In this document: positions 10,309 to 20,956 of the stretch, piece after piece
How the letters are laid out: every line of letters begins with the position of its first letter
Position numbering within the stretch: position 1 is the first letter of the stretch
Source of the DNA: Candidatus Cloacimonadales bacterium
GTDB lineage: Bacteria; Cloacimonadota; Cloacimonadia; Cloacimonadales; JAFGVF01
Length of the DNA stretch: 64,000 nucleotides
Assembly: GCA_963663475.2 (NCBI GenBank)
Contig: CAXXJV010000001.1
Coordinates: forward strand, 608,001-672,000
Reading direction: 5' to 3'
Made by a program: the position numbers and the translations under genes
The notes under the pieces: model-generated
The model's database searches: none
What the model saw: only the letters and a program-made list of their open reading frames with translations
What the model was told of the DNA's origin: nothing

Positions 10309-11459
10309 TTTATTTAGATAATGCAGCAAGCTCTTTCCCCAAAGCACCTGGTGTAAGCCAAGCTCTTGCTGATCATATTAATAATATTGCAGGTAATACA
10401 GGTAGATCTTCCTATTCAGGAGCAGTGACAAATTCTTTAATGATTTTTGAAACAAGAGAAAAGCTAGCCCAGCTACTAAATACAGGAGACAGCTCTCGCT
10501 TTATCTTTACTCAAAATGCTAGCCATGCTTTAAATATAGCAATTTTAGGTAGTGTGAAAGCTGGTGATAATATCTTAATCTCTCCCTTAGAGCATAACTC
10601 GGTTATGCGGCCTCTCTCCTACTTGCAAGAACACTTAGCTATAAATATCCATACTTTTAAGTTAAAAGACAATATGGATATTGATTGGGAAGATTTTTCT
10701 CAGCAGATAAAATCAAAGAAAATTAGCAAGATAATTACTATCCTAGCTTCTAATGTTACTGGAAGTATTCTTCCAATAGAGAAAATTGCCAGTTTTTGCA
10801 ATAATTCTTCTATCGATTTAATAGTAGATGCTTCTCAATATGTAGGCTATGCCCCACTTAACCTGGCAAAGCTTAATGCCCAAGCAATCTGTTTTCCTGG
10901 TCATAAAGGTCTTTTAGGACCTAGCGGAACAGGTCTTCTTTGGCTAGGAGATGATTTTAATCCTCAAGCTTTAACTTTTGGAGGAACTGGTTCTAAATCT
11001 GAATCAATTATTCAGCCAGATTTTCTTCCAGATAAATATGAAGCAGGAACCCCAAACATTACTGGTATTTTTGGTCTCTCTAAAGCACTTGATTATCTTC
11101 TTGATTATGGCTTAGACAAGATTTTGAAAAAAAGAAGACAGATTTATACTTATCTACTTGAAAAAATAGCTAATATGGATGAAATTATTATCTATAGTAA
11201 TCAGGATATTGATAGACAAATAGGCTTGCTTTCCTTTAATATTAAAGAGATGCCTTGTTCAAAAGTTACCTACCAGCTTGACAAAAAGGATATTGCGGTT
11301 CGAATGGGACTGCATTGTGCTCCTCAAGCTCATAGATTTATTAATACATATGACTTAGGGGGATGTGTACGAATGAGTCCAAGCTCTTTCACAAGCGAAA
11401 GAGAAATAGATACAACAGTTAAAACATTAAAAGAGATTATTTATGGATTTAAAAGATAA
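10305..11459 (+). CDS. Class V PLP aminotransferase, cysteine desulfurase / selenocysteine lyase family
   Basis: IYLDNAASS, EHNS, DASQ, PGHKGLLGP, RMGLHCAP; directly upstream of selD. Confidence 0.9.
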   Translation: MIYLDNAASSFPKAPGVSQALADHINNIAGNTGRSSYSGAVTNSLMIFETREKLAQLLNTGDSSRFIFTQNASHALNIAILGSVKAGDNILISPLEHNSVMRPLSYLQEHLAINIHTFKLKDNMDIDWEDFSQQIKSKKISKIITILASNVTGSILPIEKIASFCNNSSIDLIVDASQYVGYAPLNLAKLNAQAICFPGHKGLLGPSGTGLLWLGDDFNPQALTFGGTGSKSESIIQPDFLPDKYEAGTPNITGIFGLSKALDYLLDYGLDKILKKRRQIYTYLLEKIANMDEIIIYSNQDIDRQIGLLSFNIKEMPCSKVTYQLDKKDIAVRMGLHCAPQAHRFINTYDLGGCVRMSPSSFTSEREIDTTVKTLKEIIYGFKR

Positions 11460-12492
11460 AGTTAAAAAGCTTACTGATTACAGTAAGTATTCTGGCTGAG
11501 GAGCTAAACTAAGTCCAGAGGTTCTGGACCGTGCTCTTGCAGGTATGGAGCAAGGCAATTATCCTAACTTGCTACTTGATTATTCTCACGCTGAAGATGC
11601 TGGTGTTTATAAAGTTAGTGATGATTTAGCTATTGTGCAAACACTTGATTTCTTTCCTCCTATAGTAGACGAAGCTTATCAGTTCGGACAGATTGCTGCT
11701 TGTAATGCACTTTCTGATATCTACGCTATGGGAGCTTGCCCTAAAACAGCTATGAGTATTGTCTGTTTCCCTGATGATACACTTGACATAACTATCCTTA
11801 GAGAAATTATGCAAGGTGCTTTGTCTATCTTAAAAGAAGCAGAAACAGCTTTAGTTGGAGGACATAGTATTAGTGACAGTGATATCAAATTTGGACTTTC
11901 AGTTACTGGTTTTGTTAACCCTAATAAGATTATCAAGAATAATAGTCCTCGCGATAAGGATCTTATCATCGTAACGAAACCAATTGGCACAGGTATCATC
12001 AACACTGTTCTCAAGGCCGATATGGCCTCACCAGAGCTAGTAAACTTAGCAGTCAAGTACATGACTCAGCTAAACAGGAAGGCAGCTGAGATAGCCCAAA
12101 ACTATGATATTTCATGTGGAACTGATATAACTGGTTTTGGATTGTTAGGCCATTTAGTGGAAATGATTCAAGATTCACAGCTAGGAGCTCTAATAGAATA
12201 TAAAAAAGTAGCTATACTACCGGAAGTACTAGACTTTGCTAAGATGGGTTTAGTTCCTGCGGGCACCTATAATAATAAGAATTACAGAAGCTGTTATATC
12301 AATGATATTGAAAAGCTTCCTCAAGAAGAAATAGATATATTATTTGATCCTCAGACTTCTGGAGGATTACTTTATGGAGTAAAAGCTGACCAAGCTGAGG
12401 CTATGCTTAAAGAATTATTAGAAGCGGGAATTGATGCATATATATGTGGAGAATTTAGTAAAGATATTAATAAAATTGAGGTAAAATTCTAA
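11443..12492 (+). CDS. selD: Selenide, water dikinase SelD, a selenoprotein (Sec at codon 19, TGA 11497-11499), 349 aa
   Basis: ATG 11443 gives MDLKDKVKKLTDYSKYSG-TGA-GAKLSPEVLDRAL, in frame with the ORF-track protein at 11545. TGA sits at the catalytic Cys/Sec of the G[CU]G.K motif. DFFPP, GGHS, DITGFGLLGH and DPQTSGGLL are present. Confidence 0.95.
11501..11536 (+). promoter_or_regulatory. SECIS element of selD
   Basis: Hairpin gtccaga-ggt-tctggac (11513-11529) with a G-containing loop about 21 nt after the UGA; lower stem gagc/gctc. Confidence 0.8.
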
Positions 12493-12737
12493 TGGATTTT
12501 GTTATTACTTTTACATCTTCTCACCTTGCCATGTCTGCTAATAAAATTCTCAGTAAGCAAGAATATAAAAGCGAGGTGATTCCAACCCCCAGAGAAATTA
12601 GCTCTGAATGTGGTTTCGCCCTGCTTATTCAGGTGGAAAATGAGGAGACTTTAAACTTGTATTTTAAAGAAAAAAAGATAGTATATGATAAGATATATTT
12701 AAAGAGAGGAGATTTTTATGAAGATTGTAGATGGTAG
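12492..12737 (+). CDS. DUF3343-family small protein (selenium-cluster associated)
   Basis: TFTSSHLAM...IPTPREISSECGFAL pattern; between selD and yedF. Confidence 0.82.
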   Translation: MDFVITFTSSHLAMSANKILSKQEYKSEVIPTPREISSECGFALLIQVENEETLNLYFKEKKIVYDKIYLKRGDFYEDCRW

Positions 12738-13347
12738 AAAATTAGCCTGTCCTAAGCCTGTATTACTAACTAAAGATGCTATTAGTAATCCTGAGACTAA
12801 GCAAGTTGAGGTTATTGTTGATAATAAGGCTGCTTTAGAAAATGTAAAAAGATTTTTAACTAATTTTGGCTTTGAAGTAGAAAAAGTAACTACTCATACC
12901 ATAAATGATAAGGCAGAATTCAGAATAACTGGCAATAGAGTTAATTCTGATCAAGATGAAACTAAGTTTGACGCTAATGACTATCCTTGTCCTATTCCGC
13001 AACCTTCACCTAAAGGTAAGACTATTTTTATTAAAAGTCAGTATTTAGGTCTAGGAGATGATGAATTAGGAGCCCTTTTAATGAAGGCCTTTATTTACAC
13101 ACTTAATGAAGTAGATAAGCTTCCAGAGAGAATCTTATTTATGAATTCAGGGGTGAAGCTTTGCTTAAAAGATGCAATAACCTTAGAAAACTTGCAGAAA
13201 TTAGAAGCTAAAGGAGTTGATATCTTAGTGTGTGGTACTTGTTTAGACTTCTTTGGTGTTTCTGAAGAACTTAGAGTTGGTAAAATATCTAATATGTATG
13301 ATATAGCAGGTTCTTTAACTAGTGATCCTTCGGTAGTTACTATTTAG
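12718..13347 (+). CDS. yedF: Sulfurtransferase-like selenium metabolism protein YedF (TusA plus DsrE-like domains)
   Basis: DGRKLACPKPV (TusA-like), GDDELGALLMKAF, FMNSGVKL, CGTCLDFF...SNMY. Confidence 0.9.
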   Translation: MKIVDGRKLACPKPVLLTKDAISNPETKQVEVIVDNKAALENVKRFLTNFGFEVEKVTTHTINDKAEFRITGNRVNSDQDETKFDANDYPCPIPQPSPKGKTIFIKSQYLGLGDDELGALLMKAFIYTLNEVDKLPERILFMNSGVKLCLKDAITLENLQKLEAKGVDILVCGTCLDFFGVSEELRVGKISNMYDIAGSLTSDPSVVTI

Positions 13348-15694
13348 ATTTTTTACTAGATTTCTTCTTATATTCTGCAGCTCTGAGAAGTACTTGAGTA
13401 AGCTTGTTGATACTAATAGGTTTACTTAAGTAGTCATTCATGCCAGACTCAAGATACTTAGTTTCATCTTCAGTCTTGGCATTAGCTGTTACTGCTACGA
13501 TATAGGGTTGTTTTATTTGGGAAGCATCTCTAATAATTTTCATAGCTGTAACACCATCCATGATAGGCATTTCAATATCCATGAGGACTACATCAAATTG
13601 CTTATTAAGAGCTATTTGATGTGCCTCTTCCCCATTACTTACCAATTGGGGTTTATAGCCTAACTTGTCCATAATAGTCATAATAAGTTTTTGGTTAATC
13701 TTATTATCTTCTGCTATCAATATTTCCAAGGGTTGCTTGCGGGCAAATGCTTTATCAATACTGTATGACTTCTTGTTTTCTTTGATAGACTTTTTAATAT
13801 TCTTAGAAGCTGGAGCTAATTTTAGCTCTACAATAAAAGTTGATCCTTGCCCATATTTACTTTTAACAGAGACACGTCCTTGCATAGCATCTACTAATCT
13901 CCTAACAATAGCTAAACCTAGGCCTGTACCTCCCCTTTGACTTGTTACAGATGACTTAGTTTGAGTGAAAGGATCAAACAATCTCTTGATTTCTTTTTGC
14001 TTAATTCCAATTCCTGTATCTTTAACAGAAATCCTGTAATTATCATTATCATCTAATTTCTCAAAGGTAACAGTAATGCCACCTTGATCTGTGAACTTTA
14101 CAGCATTATATATTATATTGAGAAGAATTTGCTTAATCCTAGTCTTATCTCCATGAAAGTAATTCTTTTCTGTTTTATCATAAGCAAATTTTAGGTAAAG
14201 ATCTTTTTCTCTAGATCTGGATATTACAATTGTTTCTATCTCATTAAAGAGATCAATCATGGAAAAATCAGATTTTGATAGTTTAAAGTTAGTAGATTCT
14301 AATTTTGAAAAATCTAAGACATCGTTGATTACTTCTAAAAGGGTATCTCCAGATATTTTAATTGAGTTAACATAATCCTCTTGTTCATCACTTAAAGAAG
14401 TATCTCTAAGTAATTCTGTCATACCTAAGATACCATTGAGAGGTGTTCTTATTTCATGGCTCATTGTAGCCAAGAACTGGCTTTTAGCAATGTTAGCAGC
14501 CTCTGCTTTTTCAGTCTCTAGTTTTAATTTATTCTGGAATTCAATGAATTTAGTAACATCTCGAGAGATAATAGAAATCCCAACTATTTTACCATTACTA
14601 ACTATAGGACTGGTAGATAATTCTCGATAAGACGTATTCTTAGCCTTATCAACTTTAATAGTCTTACTATCAGCAGAACCTGTAAATGCTCCTTCAATAA
14701 ATTCCCTATGGGCTTCTAGTTTAGAAGAGTCCTTATTCTGATATAGATTCATCCCTATTTCGATCTTAAATCCATATTCTTCTTGAAGATGTTTTTGGTA
14801 AGACTTATTAAAATAAACGACATTTCCATTGATATCTAAAGAGATAATCATTTCATCAATACTCTCAAGTAGGTTGTTTAAATAGAGTTTAGTAGTGTTA
14901 AGTTCAGTATGGGTCTTAATCTCATCATCAATATCTCTATAAATAGCATAAAGACCATTAGTACCATCAGGAAATTTTAGTTTAGTACTAATGAGAGATA
15001 CATTTATAGGATGACCATCCTTATGTAATCTGATAAGATTTAACTTAATTGTATCATGATATTCTAAATCTCTGTTTATCTGCCTTCCCTCTTCCCTATC
15101 TTGCTCAGAGCATAGATAGTCATCAATTGACTTACCGATTAATTCTCTTTTAGTATAGCCAAAAATATTTGTGAACATAGGATTTATATTGATAACAATA
15201 CCTTCAGCAGTAGTTAAGGCAATAGCTTCAGGTGCATTTTCAAAAAGAGTTTGAAAGAGGACTTCTTGTTTGGCTAAACGATCTTCTATTGCTTGATTTT
15301 TTATAGCTGTTCTTGCATGTTCAATTATAGAATTGATTGCAATTGGAAGTCTATAAGAATATTGGGCATTACTTAAACTATAATCCTTAACCCCTAAAGA
15401 TAATAAAATTTTGACATCATCCATTCTAGATCGTTCAACAAAGGCAAAAATTGGGATATTGAATTCTTCTGAAGAAAGAAGTTTAACTATTTCAAAACTA
15501 ATTTCCCATTGAATATTGCAATAGAGAATAGCCAAATCAATTTCTTGGGTATTTACTATCTTTTTAAGTGTATTCCAATTGTTTGCACTGTAAGCAAGGC
15601 TATCAGGAAGATCTTGCTTAAGTCTCTGAACTGCATCTTCTAAATCTTGTTGAGATTGATGAATAATCAAAATTTTATAATTTTCTCTTTTCAT
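13340..15694 (-). CDS. Hybrid sensor kinase (pseudo-REC, PAS, PAS, HisKA, HATPase, REC)
   Basis: [29 protein letters not shown]-terminal REC AEDN...LMDIEMP...KP. The N-terminal REC-like domain has LAILY instead of the phospho-Asp. Confidence 0.92.
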   Translation of the reverse strand: MKRENYKILIIHQSQQDLEDAVQRLKQDLPDSLAYSANNWNTLKKIVNTQEIDLAILYCNIQWEISFEIVKLLSSEEFNIPIFAFVERSRMDDVKILLSLGVKDYSLSNAQYSYRLPIAINSIIEHARTAIKNQAIEDRLAKQEVLFQTLFENAPEAIALTTAEGIVININPMFTNIFGYTKRELIGKSIDDYLCSEQDREEGRQINRDLEYHDTIKLNLIRLHKDGHPINVSLISTKLKFPDGTNGLYAIYRDIDDEIKTHTELNTTKLYLNNLLESIDEMIISLDINGNVVYFNKSYQKHLQEEYGFKIEIGMNLYQNKDSSKLEAHREFIEGAFTGSADSKTIKVDKAKNTSYRELSTSPIVSNGKIVGISIISRDVTKFIEFQNKLKLETEKAEAANIAKSQFLATMSHEIRTPLNGILGMTELLRDTSLSDEQEDYVNSIKISGDTLLEVINDVLDFSKLESTNFKLSKSDFSMIDLFNEIETIVISRSREKDLYLKFAYDKTEKNYFHGDKTRIKQILLNIIYNAVKFTDQGGITVTFEKLDDNDNYRISVKDTGIGIKQKEIKRLFDPFTQTKSSVTSQRGGTGLGLAIVRRLVDAMQGRVSVKSKYGQGSTFIVELKLAPASKNIKKSIKENKKSYSIDKAFARKQPLEILIAEDNKINQKLIMTIMDKLGYKPQLVSNGEEAHQIALNKQFDVVLMDIEMPIMDGVTAMKIIRDASQIKQPYIVAVTANAKTEDETKYLESGMNDYLSKPISINKLTQVLLRAAEYKKKSSKKSK

Positions 15695-15796
15695 ATTGTA
15701 AAAAAATACTATATTATAATTTTAGTCAAACTAAAAAATAATTAATTTTATTTAATAGCTTGAATATTAAAGAAAAATAACTGACGAGGAAAAGAA

Positions 15797-16717
15797 ATGA
15801 AGAAATTAATGGTTATATTATCTTTAGCTATACTTGTTCTTGCAGCCTGTCATAATGACAAACAAGAAGCTAAAAAGTATTATGTAAGTATCTTACCCCA
15901 AAAGTTCTTTGTAGAAAAAATTGTAGAAGACAAATTTGAGATTGCAGTACTAGTTAAACCTGGAGAAAGTCCAGCTACCTATGAACCAACAACCAAACAG
16001 ATGATTGATTTAAGTAAAACAAAAGCCCTCTTCTCAATTGGAGTTCCCTTTGAACAGACTATTATTCCAAAACTTAAAGAACAATATCCTAACTTGGAAA
16101 TTATTGCTACTGATAAAGGTATTAACAAGCACAGTCCTGAAAGTTTTGTAGATTTGTTTCATGACAGTCATTCACATCATGAACATGAAGTCCTAGAAAA
16201 TAAGCATGAGCATGGCCATAAGCATGAAGGACTTGATCCTCATATCTGGCTTAGTCCAAAATTAGTTCAGCAACAAGTCAGAAATATTGCAGATTACTTC
16301 ATCTCGACTTATCCACAAGATGCAGACTTCTTTGCAGACAATAGGGATAAATTTATCAAAGAATTAGAAGCTGTTTCTCAAGAAATCAAGGATATTTTTG
16401 CTAATAATGAAAATAGAGAATTTCTCTGTTTTCACCCAGCTTGGGGTTATTTTGCAGATGATTTTGATTTAAAGCAAATTCCTATTGAAATTGAAGGTAA
16501 AGAACCTACTCCGCAAGAGCAAAAAAGAATTATGGAATTTGCTAAAGACAAAGGAATTAAGTTTATTTTTGTTCAAGCCCAATTTGATCAGAAAATTGCT
16601 CAATCAATAGCTGAAGAAATTGGTGGATCTGTAATTTTGATTGACCCTTTAGCTCAAGATTATTTAAGTAACTTAAAAAATATCGCTAGCAAAATAGCAG
16701 AAAGTATGGAGCAATGA
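15797..16717 (+). CDS. znuA: Zn/Mn ABC transporter substrate-binding lipoprotein
   Basis: LAAC lipobox, His-rich loop, DPHIWL, HPAWGYF. Confidence 0.9.
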   Translation: MKKLMVILSLAILVLAACHNDKQEAKKYYVSILPQKFFVEKIVEDKFEIAVLVKPGESPATYEPTTKQMIDLSKTKALFSIGVPFEQTIIPKLKEQYPNLEIIATDKGINKHSPESFVDLFHDSHSHHEHEVLENKHEHGHKHEGLDPHIWLSPKLVQQQVRNIADYFISTYPQDADFFADNRDKFIKELEAVSQEIKDIFANNENREFLCFHPAWGYFADDFDLKQIPIEIEGKEPTPQEQKRIMEFAKDKGIKFIFVQAQFDQKIAQSIAEEIGGSVILIDPLAQDYLSNLKNIASKIAESMEQ

Positions 16718-17442
16718 AGATAATAGAATTTAACAATGTGTATTTTAACTATGATAACAGCCCTACCTTGGTTGATATCTCTTTTTCGGTAGAGAAAAAT
16801 GATTTTGTGGCTATTGTAGGTCCTAATGGAGGAGGTAAATCTACCCTTCTCAAATTAATTTTAGCTCAGATAGTCCCTTCTCAAGGGACTCTGACTGTTT
16901 TTGGAGATAAGAACTATAAATCATTAGAGAAGATTGGCTATGTTCCTCAGTTCACAACTCATCAGCATGATTTTCCCTTAAAGTTGATTGATATGGTTTT
17001 ACAAAGTAAGTTAAGAAGTAATTCTTTTTTCACTCATTACAGCAAGCAAGACAAAGAGAATGCTATTAATATCTTAAATATGCTAGGAATAGCTGATTTT
17101 AAAGATAAATTTCTTTCAGAACTCTCTGGAGGCCAACGGCAACGTGCCTTAATAGCCAGAGCCTTACTTGATAAGCCTGAAATTTTGATTTTAGATGAGC
17201 CAACTGCCTCTGTAGATATATCAGTTGAACAAGACATTTACGATATTTTGAGAGATTTAAACAAGGATATGACAATCTTACTAGTTACTCATGATGTAAG
17301 CTTTGTTTCTAAATATGTTAATAAAGTATTTTGCGTTAATAGATATCTTCATTCCCATAAACTTGATGATCTTACAGAAAAGGATGCTCAAGAAGTTTAT
17401 AACCAATCAATGAAGATGATAAAACATCAGTGTGGATTATAA
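16714..17442 (+). CDS. znuC: Zn/Mn ABC transporter ATPase
   Basis: GPNGGGKST, LSGGQRQR, LDEP, IGYVPQ. Confidence 0.9.
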   Translation: MKIIEFNNVYFNYDNSPTLVDISFSVEKNDFVAIVGPNGGGKSTLLKLILAQIVPSQGTLTVFGDKNYKSLEKIGYVPQFTTHQHDFPLKLIDMVLQSKLRSNSFFTHYSKQDKENAINILNMLGIADFKDKFLSELSGGQRQRALIARALLDKPEILILDEPTASVDISVEQDIYDILRDLNKDMTILLVTHDVSFVSKYVNKVFCVNRYLHSHKLDDLTEKDAQEVYNQSMKMIKHQCGL

Positions 17443-17444
17443 TT

Positions 17445-18248
17445 ATGGATTTTTTCACTTCTCTTTTTACTGTTTCATTTCTTAGAAATGCCCTCTTAGC
17501 AGGCTTGCTAGCAAGTATAGTTTGCGGGGTTACTGGTTCCTTTGTTGTTGTAAAAAGAATTTCTTTCGTTAGTGGAGCTATAGCCCACTCAGTATTAGGA
17601 GGAATTGGGATAGCTTATTTCTTAAACTTCTCCCCTACTTTAGGTGCCTTTATTTTTGCAGTTTTAGCAGCTATCTTGATAAGTATAATTAAACAGAGAA
17701 AAAAGCAAAATGAAGATACTGTACTTAGTGCTTTTTGGGCTGTTGGCATGGCCATAGGTATAATCTTTATGTCTATGACCCCTGGTTATAACTCTAACCT
17801 CATGACTTATCTTTTTGGTAATATCTTATTAGTTACTAATACAGACCTAATATCTCTAGTAATATTAGTCTTGGTAATTCTATCTACAGTTATCATATTT
17901 TATCGTCAATTTGTGGCCATGATATTCGACGAAGAGTTTGCCCGTTTAAAGAAAATTAAGGTAAACTTACTCTATACACTTCTCCTAATCCTAATCTCTC
18001 TAAGTGTAGTAATTCTAATCAGAGTTGTGGGTATAATCCTTGTCATTGCCCTACTTACACTGCCTGCAGCTATCTCTCGTCTGTTTAATAGATCTATTGG
18101 AGGGATGATGTTATGGGCTTCAGTCTTAGGATTAGTCTTTACCTTTTTAGGATTATGGTTTTCTTATCTCTTAAATCTGCCTACAGGTTCAGTAATAATC
18201 GTTTTAGCTGGTATAAGCTATATAACTGGAGCACTTATCAAGAATTAA
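17445..18248 (+). CDS. znuB: Zn/Mn ABC transporter permease (start moved to ATG 17445)
   Basis: AIAHSVLGG, YLFGNIL, FDEEFA; hydrophobic. Confidence 0.9.
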   Translation: MDFFTSLFTVSFLRNALLAGLLASIVCGVTGSFVVVKRISFVSGAIAHSVLGGIGIAYFLNFSPTLGAFIFAVLAAILISIIKQRKKQNEDTVLSAFWAVGMAIGIIFMSMTPGYNSNLMTYLFGNILLVTNTDLISLVILVLVILSTVIIFYRQFVAMIFDEEFARLKKIKVNLLYTLLLILISLSVVILIRVVGIILVIALLTLPAAISRLFNRSIGGMMLWASVLGLVFTFLGLWFSYLLNLPTGSVIIVLAGISYITGALIKN

Positions 18249-18276
18249 CTGGTCAGGTGAATTCTTGCGGTATGAG

Positions 18277-18448
18277 TTTAACGCAGATAGTGTTGTAGAG
18301 CTTTAGAGAAGAGTGCAAATTCCTGTAGAAAAATAGCTTGCAGAATTCTGAAGCATATAATATATATATATTCGGAAGAATTATGTAAGTTACTTTTGCA
18401 AAAGAATATTCTGCTATTCTCAAAGATCTATTGCATTATTTGGGTTTA
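18277..18448. mobile_element. MITE-like repeat family C, full-length copy (about 170 bp)
   Basis: Collinear similarity to 39298-39467 and imperfect terminal inverted repeats of about 35 bp; the right end abuts the stop codon of the YifB gene. Confidence 0.75.
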
Positions 18449-19990
18449 ACCCCAAAAAGACTTCTCTAAACTCCTATATTGTATAGATTCTGAGATATGC
18501 TGAGCTTTAATATTCTCACTACCTTCCAAATCTGCTACAGTGCGAGCCACCTTTAAGATTCTATCATAAACTCTTGCTGAATAGCCCCTCTTTTCTATGG
18601 TTAACTTAAGAAGTTGATTACTGTCTTCATCTAACTGACAATAAATTCTAGTATGTTTAGGATTCATTTGAGCATTACAAAAGATTGAATCATCTTTAAA
18701 TCTTTTTAATTGAATCTGTCTAGCCTTATTAACTCTAGCTCTAATATCTTTAGAGTATTCACCATCAGGAATTCCTCCTAAATCTTTGTAGGGAACTGCT
18801 GGTACTTCTATATGCAGATCAATTCTATCAAGAAGGGGGCCTGAGACTCTTGCCCTATAACGCTGGATCATATTGCCAGTACAGGTACATTCATGACCAG
18901 GAATATTGCAATTAAAGTAACCACAGGGACAGGGGTTCATAGAGGTTACTAAGATGAATTTGGCAGGAAAGTTAAGACTCTGACTAGCTCTGGAAACTGT
19001 CACAATTCCATCTTCGAGTGGCTGCCTTAATACTTCTAATACTGATTTCTTGAATTCTGGAAGCTCGTCCAGAAAGAGAACTCCATTGTGAGACAAGGAG
19101 ACTTCACCAGGTTTAGGGTAAGTTCCTCCTCCAATTAAGGCAACATCACTAGTTGTATGATGAGGAGACCTGTAAGGACGGTTAACAACAATCCCATTTC
19201 TTTTATTTGTTGGGACCCCAGCCACAGAGTGAATCTTAGTTGTTTCTAAAGCCTCATCTAAGGATAAATCTGGAAGAATAGTAGCAAATCTTTTAGCTAG
19301 CATAGTTTTTCCTGAACCAGGAGGACCAACCATTAGTATGTTATGACCTCCAGCTGCAGAGACTTCTAATGCTCTCTTAACATGGTATTGTCCTTTCACA
19401 TCATGCATATCTATCTCTGATTCATTCAAAGAGGAAAAAATCTTTTTAATATCAAGAATAAATGGAGAAATTTCCACCTTTCCTTCTAAGAAGGATATTG
19501 CCTTTACAAGTGAATGAACAGGTATCACGTCTAAATCTTGAACAATAGCTGCTTCACTTGCATTTTCAAAAGGAAGAATAATGCCTTTTAATTTATCTTT
19601 TTTAGCTTCTAAAGCTATGGGTAGTGTTCCCTTTATTGGTTTGACAGTTCCATCCAGAGATAGTTCGCCCATAATTGCGTAATCCAGAGCATAAGGTACT
19701 TTTATTGTTTTATAAGACATAAGAAGAGCAATAGCAATTGAAAGGTCTAAAGTTGAACCATCTTTTTTTAGATCAGCTGGTGCTAGATTTATAATCTTTG
19801 TTCCTGCTTTGTTCTGATAGCCAGAGTTTGCTATAGCGGAACTAACTCTCTCTTTACTTTCCTTAACGCTATTTGAGGGCATTCCTACCATAATTGTAGG
19901 TCCTGATAACTTACCGTAGTGATCTACTTCTACTTCAATCTTATGAGCATCAATTCCTAGTGTTGTATAGGAAATAGTTTTCCCTAACAT
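18446..19990 (-). CDS. comM: YifB/ComM Mg-chelatase-like AAA+ ATPase (start moved to ATG 19990)
   Basis: KESKERV, INLAPAD, GELSLDG, GPPGSGKT, RSPHH, FLDELPEF, SGPLLDRID; ggagg RBS before MLGKT. Confidence 0.92.
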   Translation of the reverse strand: MLGKTISYTTLGIDAHKIEVEVDHYGKLSGPTIMVGMPSNSVKESKERVSSAIANSGYQNKAGTKIINLAPADLKKDGSTLDLSIAIALLMSYKTIKVPYALDYAIMGELSLDGTVKPIKGTLPIALEAKKDKLKGIILPFENASEAAIVQDLDVIPVHSLVKAISFLEGKVEISPFILDIKKIFSSLNESEIDMHDVKGQYHVKRALEVSAAGGHNILMVGPPGSGKTMLAKRFATILPDLSLDEALETTKIHSVAGVPTNKRNGIVVNRPYRSPHHTTSDVALIGGGTYPKPGEVSLSHNGVLFLDELPEFKKSVLEVLRQPLEDGIVTVSRASQSLNFPAKFILVTSMNPCPCGYFNCNIPGHECTCTGNMIQRYRARVSGPLLDRIDLHIEVPAVPYKDLGGIPDGEYSKDIRARVNKARQIQLKRFKDDSIFCNAQMNPKHTRIYCQLDEDSNQLLKLTIEKRGYSARVYDRILKVARTVADLEGSENIKAQHISESIQYRSLEKSFWG

Positions 19991-20361
19991 AATAACCTCC
20001 ATTTAACTTATAAATTCAAGATATTATCTTACTTGTAGGTTGTCAATATATATTTGCTAAATTCATATAAATAGCCAACTAATGCAACACTAATATTTTA
20101 ATAACTAAAGCCTTTTCTAGGTTAATAAGCATTTTGACCTATTAGGACTTAGGAAACATACAAGGGGGATTAAGGAAAGAAAAGACTTAGTATTTCTACC
20201 TGACAGGAAATTGTGGATAATTACACCTTTCAGATTAGCTACTAATATGTTTTTGAGTCCTTTAAAGCAAGAAATTTTTGGTATTTAGATTTTTTTCTTG
20301 CCATAATTGTTACTTTAATTTTTTTGTCATAGTTGAGATAAAAAAAATAAAAGAGGACTTT

Positions 20362-20922
20362 ATGGCTTCAACTTCTGATATCCGTAATGGAATGATTATA
20401 GAATGGAAAAATGGAATTTACGAATTTGTTGAATTCCTACATGTTAAACCTGGTAAAGGTGCGGCATTTGTTAGATCTAAACTTAGAAATGTTAGAACAG
20501 GACAAGTTGTTGAAAACACCTTTAGAACAAGTGAAACTTTTAATGAGATAAGAATTGAAAAGAGTAAGAAAGAATATTTATATAGAGATGGTGATTTCTA
20601 TGTTCTTATGGATTTAGATAACTATGAGATGATGAATGTTCATGCTGATGTAATGGAAAAATATGCAAAATTCTTAAAAGAGAATATGCAGATTACCATC
20701 AAGACTACACCAGATAATGAGATTATAGATTTAGAATTACCTGTTTATGTTATTCAAGAGATTGCTGAGTGCGAACCTAACATAAAGGGAAATACAGCTT
20801 CAGGATCTGGAAAAGTAGCTACAACAGAAACTGGTTTAAGAATCATGGTACCTTTCTTTGTTGAACAAGGAGAGAAAATCAAGATTGATACAAGAACTGG
20901 TGAATACATAGAGAGAGCTTAA
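20362..20922 (+). CDS. efp: Elongation factor P (start moved to ATG 20362)
   Basis: HVKPGKGAAFVRSK, ETG..I.VPFF, IDTRTGEY; gagg RBS. Confidence 0.96.
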   Translation: MASTSDIRNGMIIEWKNGIYEFVEFLHVKPGKGAAFVRSKLRNVRTGQVVENTFRTSETFNEIRIEKSKKEYLYRDGDFYVLMDLDNYEMMNVHADVMEKYAKFLKENMQITIKTTPDNEIIDLELPVYVIQEIAECEPNIKGNTASGSGKVATTETGLRIMVPFFVEQGEKIKIDTRTGEYIERA

Positions 20923-20956
20923 TAAACCGATAATAAGATATCCTTAGGAGGAATAA

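Noticed and set aside
10306-16717. Sec read-through at the TGA stops of the DUF296 gene and znuA
   Set aside because: Both are ATGA stop/start overlaps at the natural ends of complete proteins.
20212-20220. Perfect DnaA box (tgtggataa) between comM and efp as an origin
   Set aside because: A single isolated box; at most a regulatory site.
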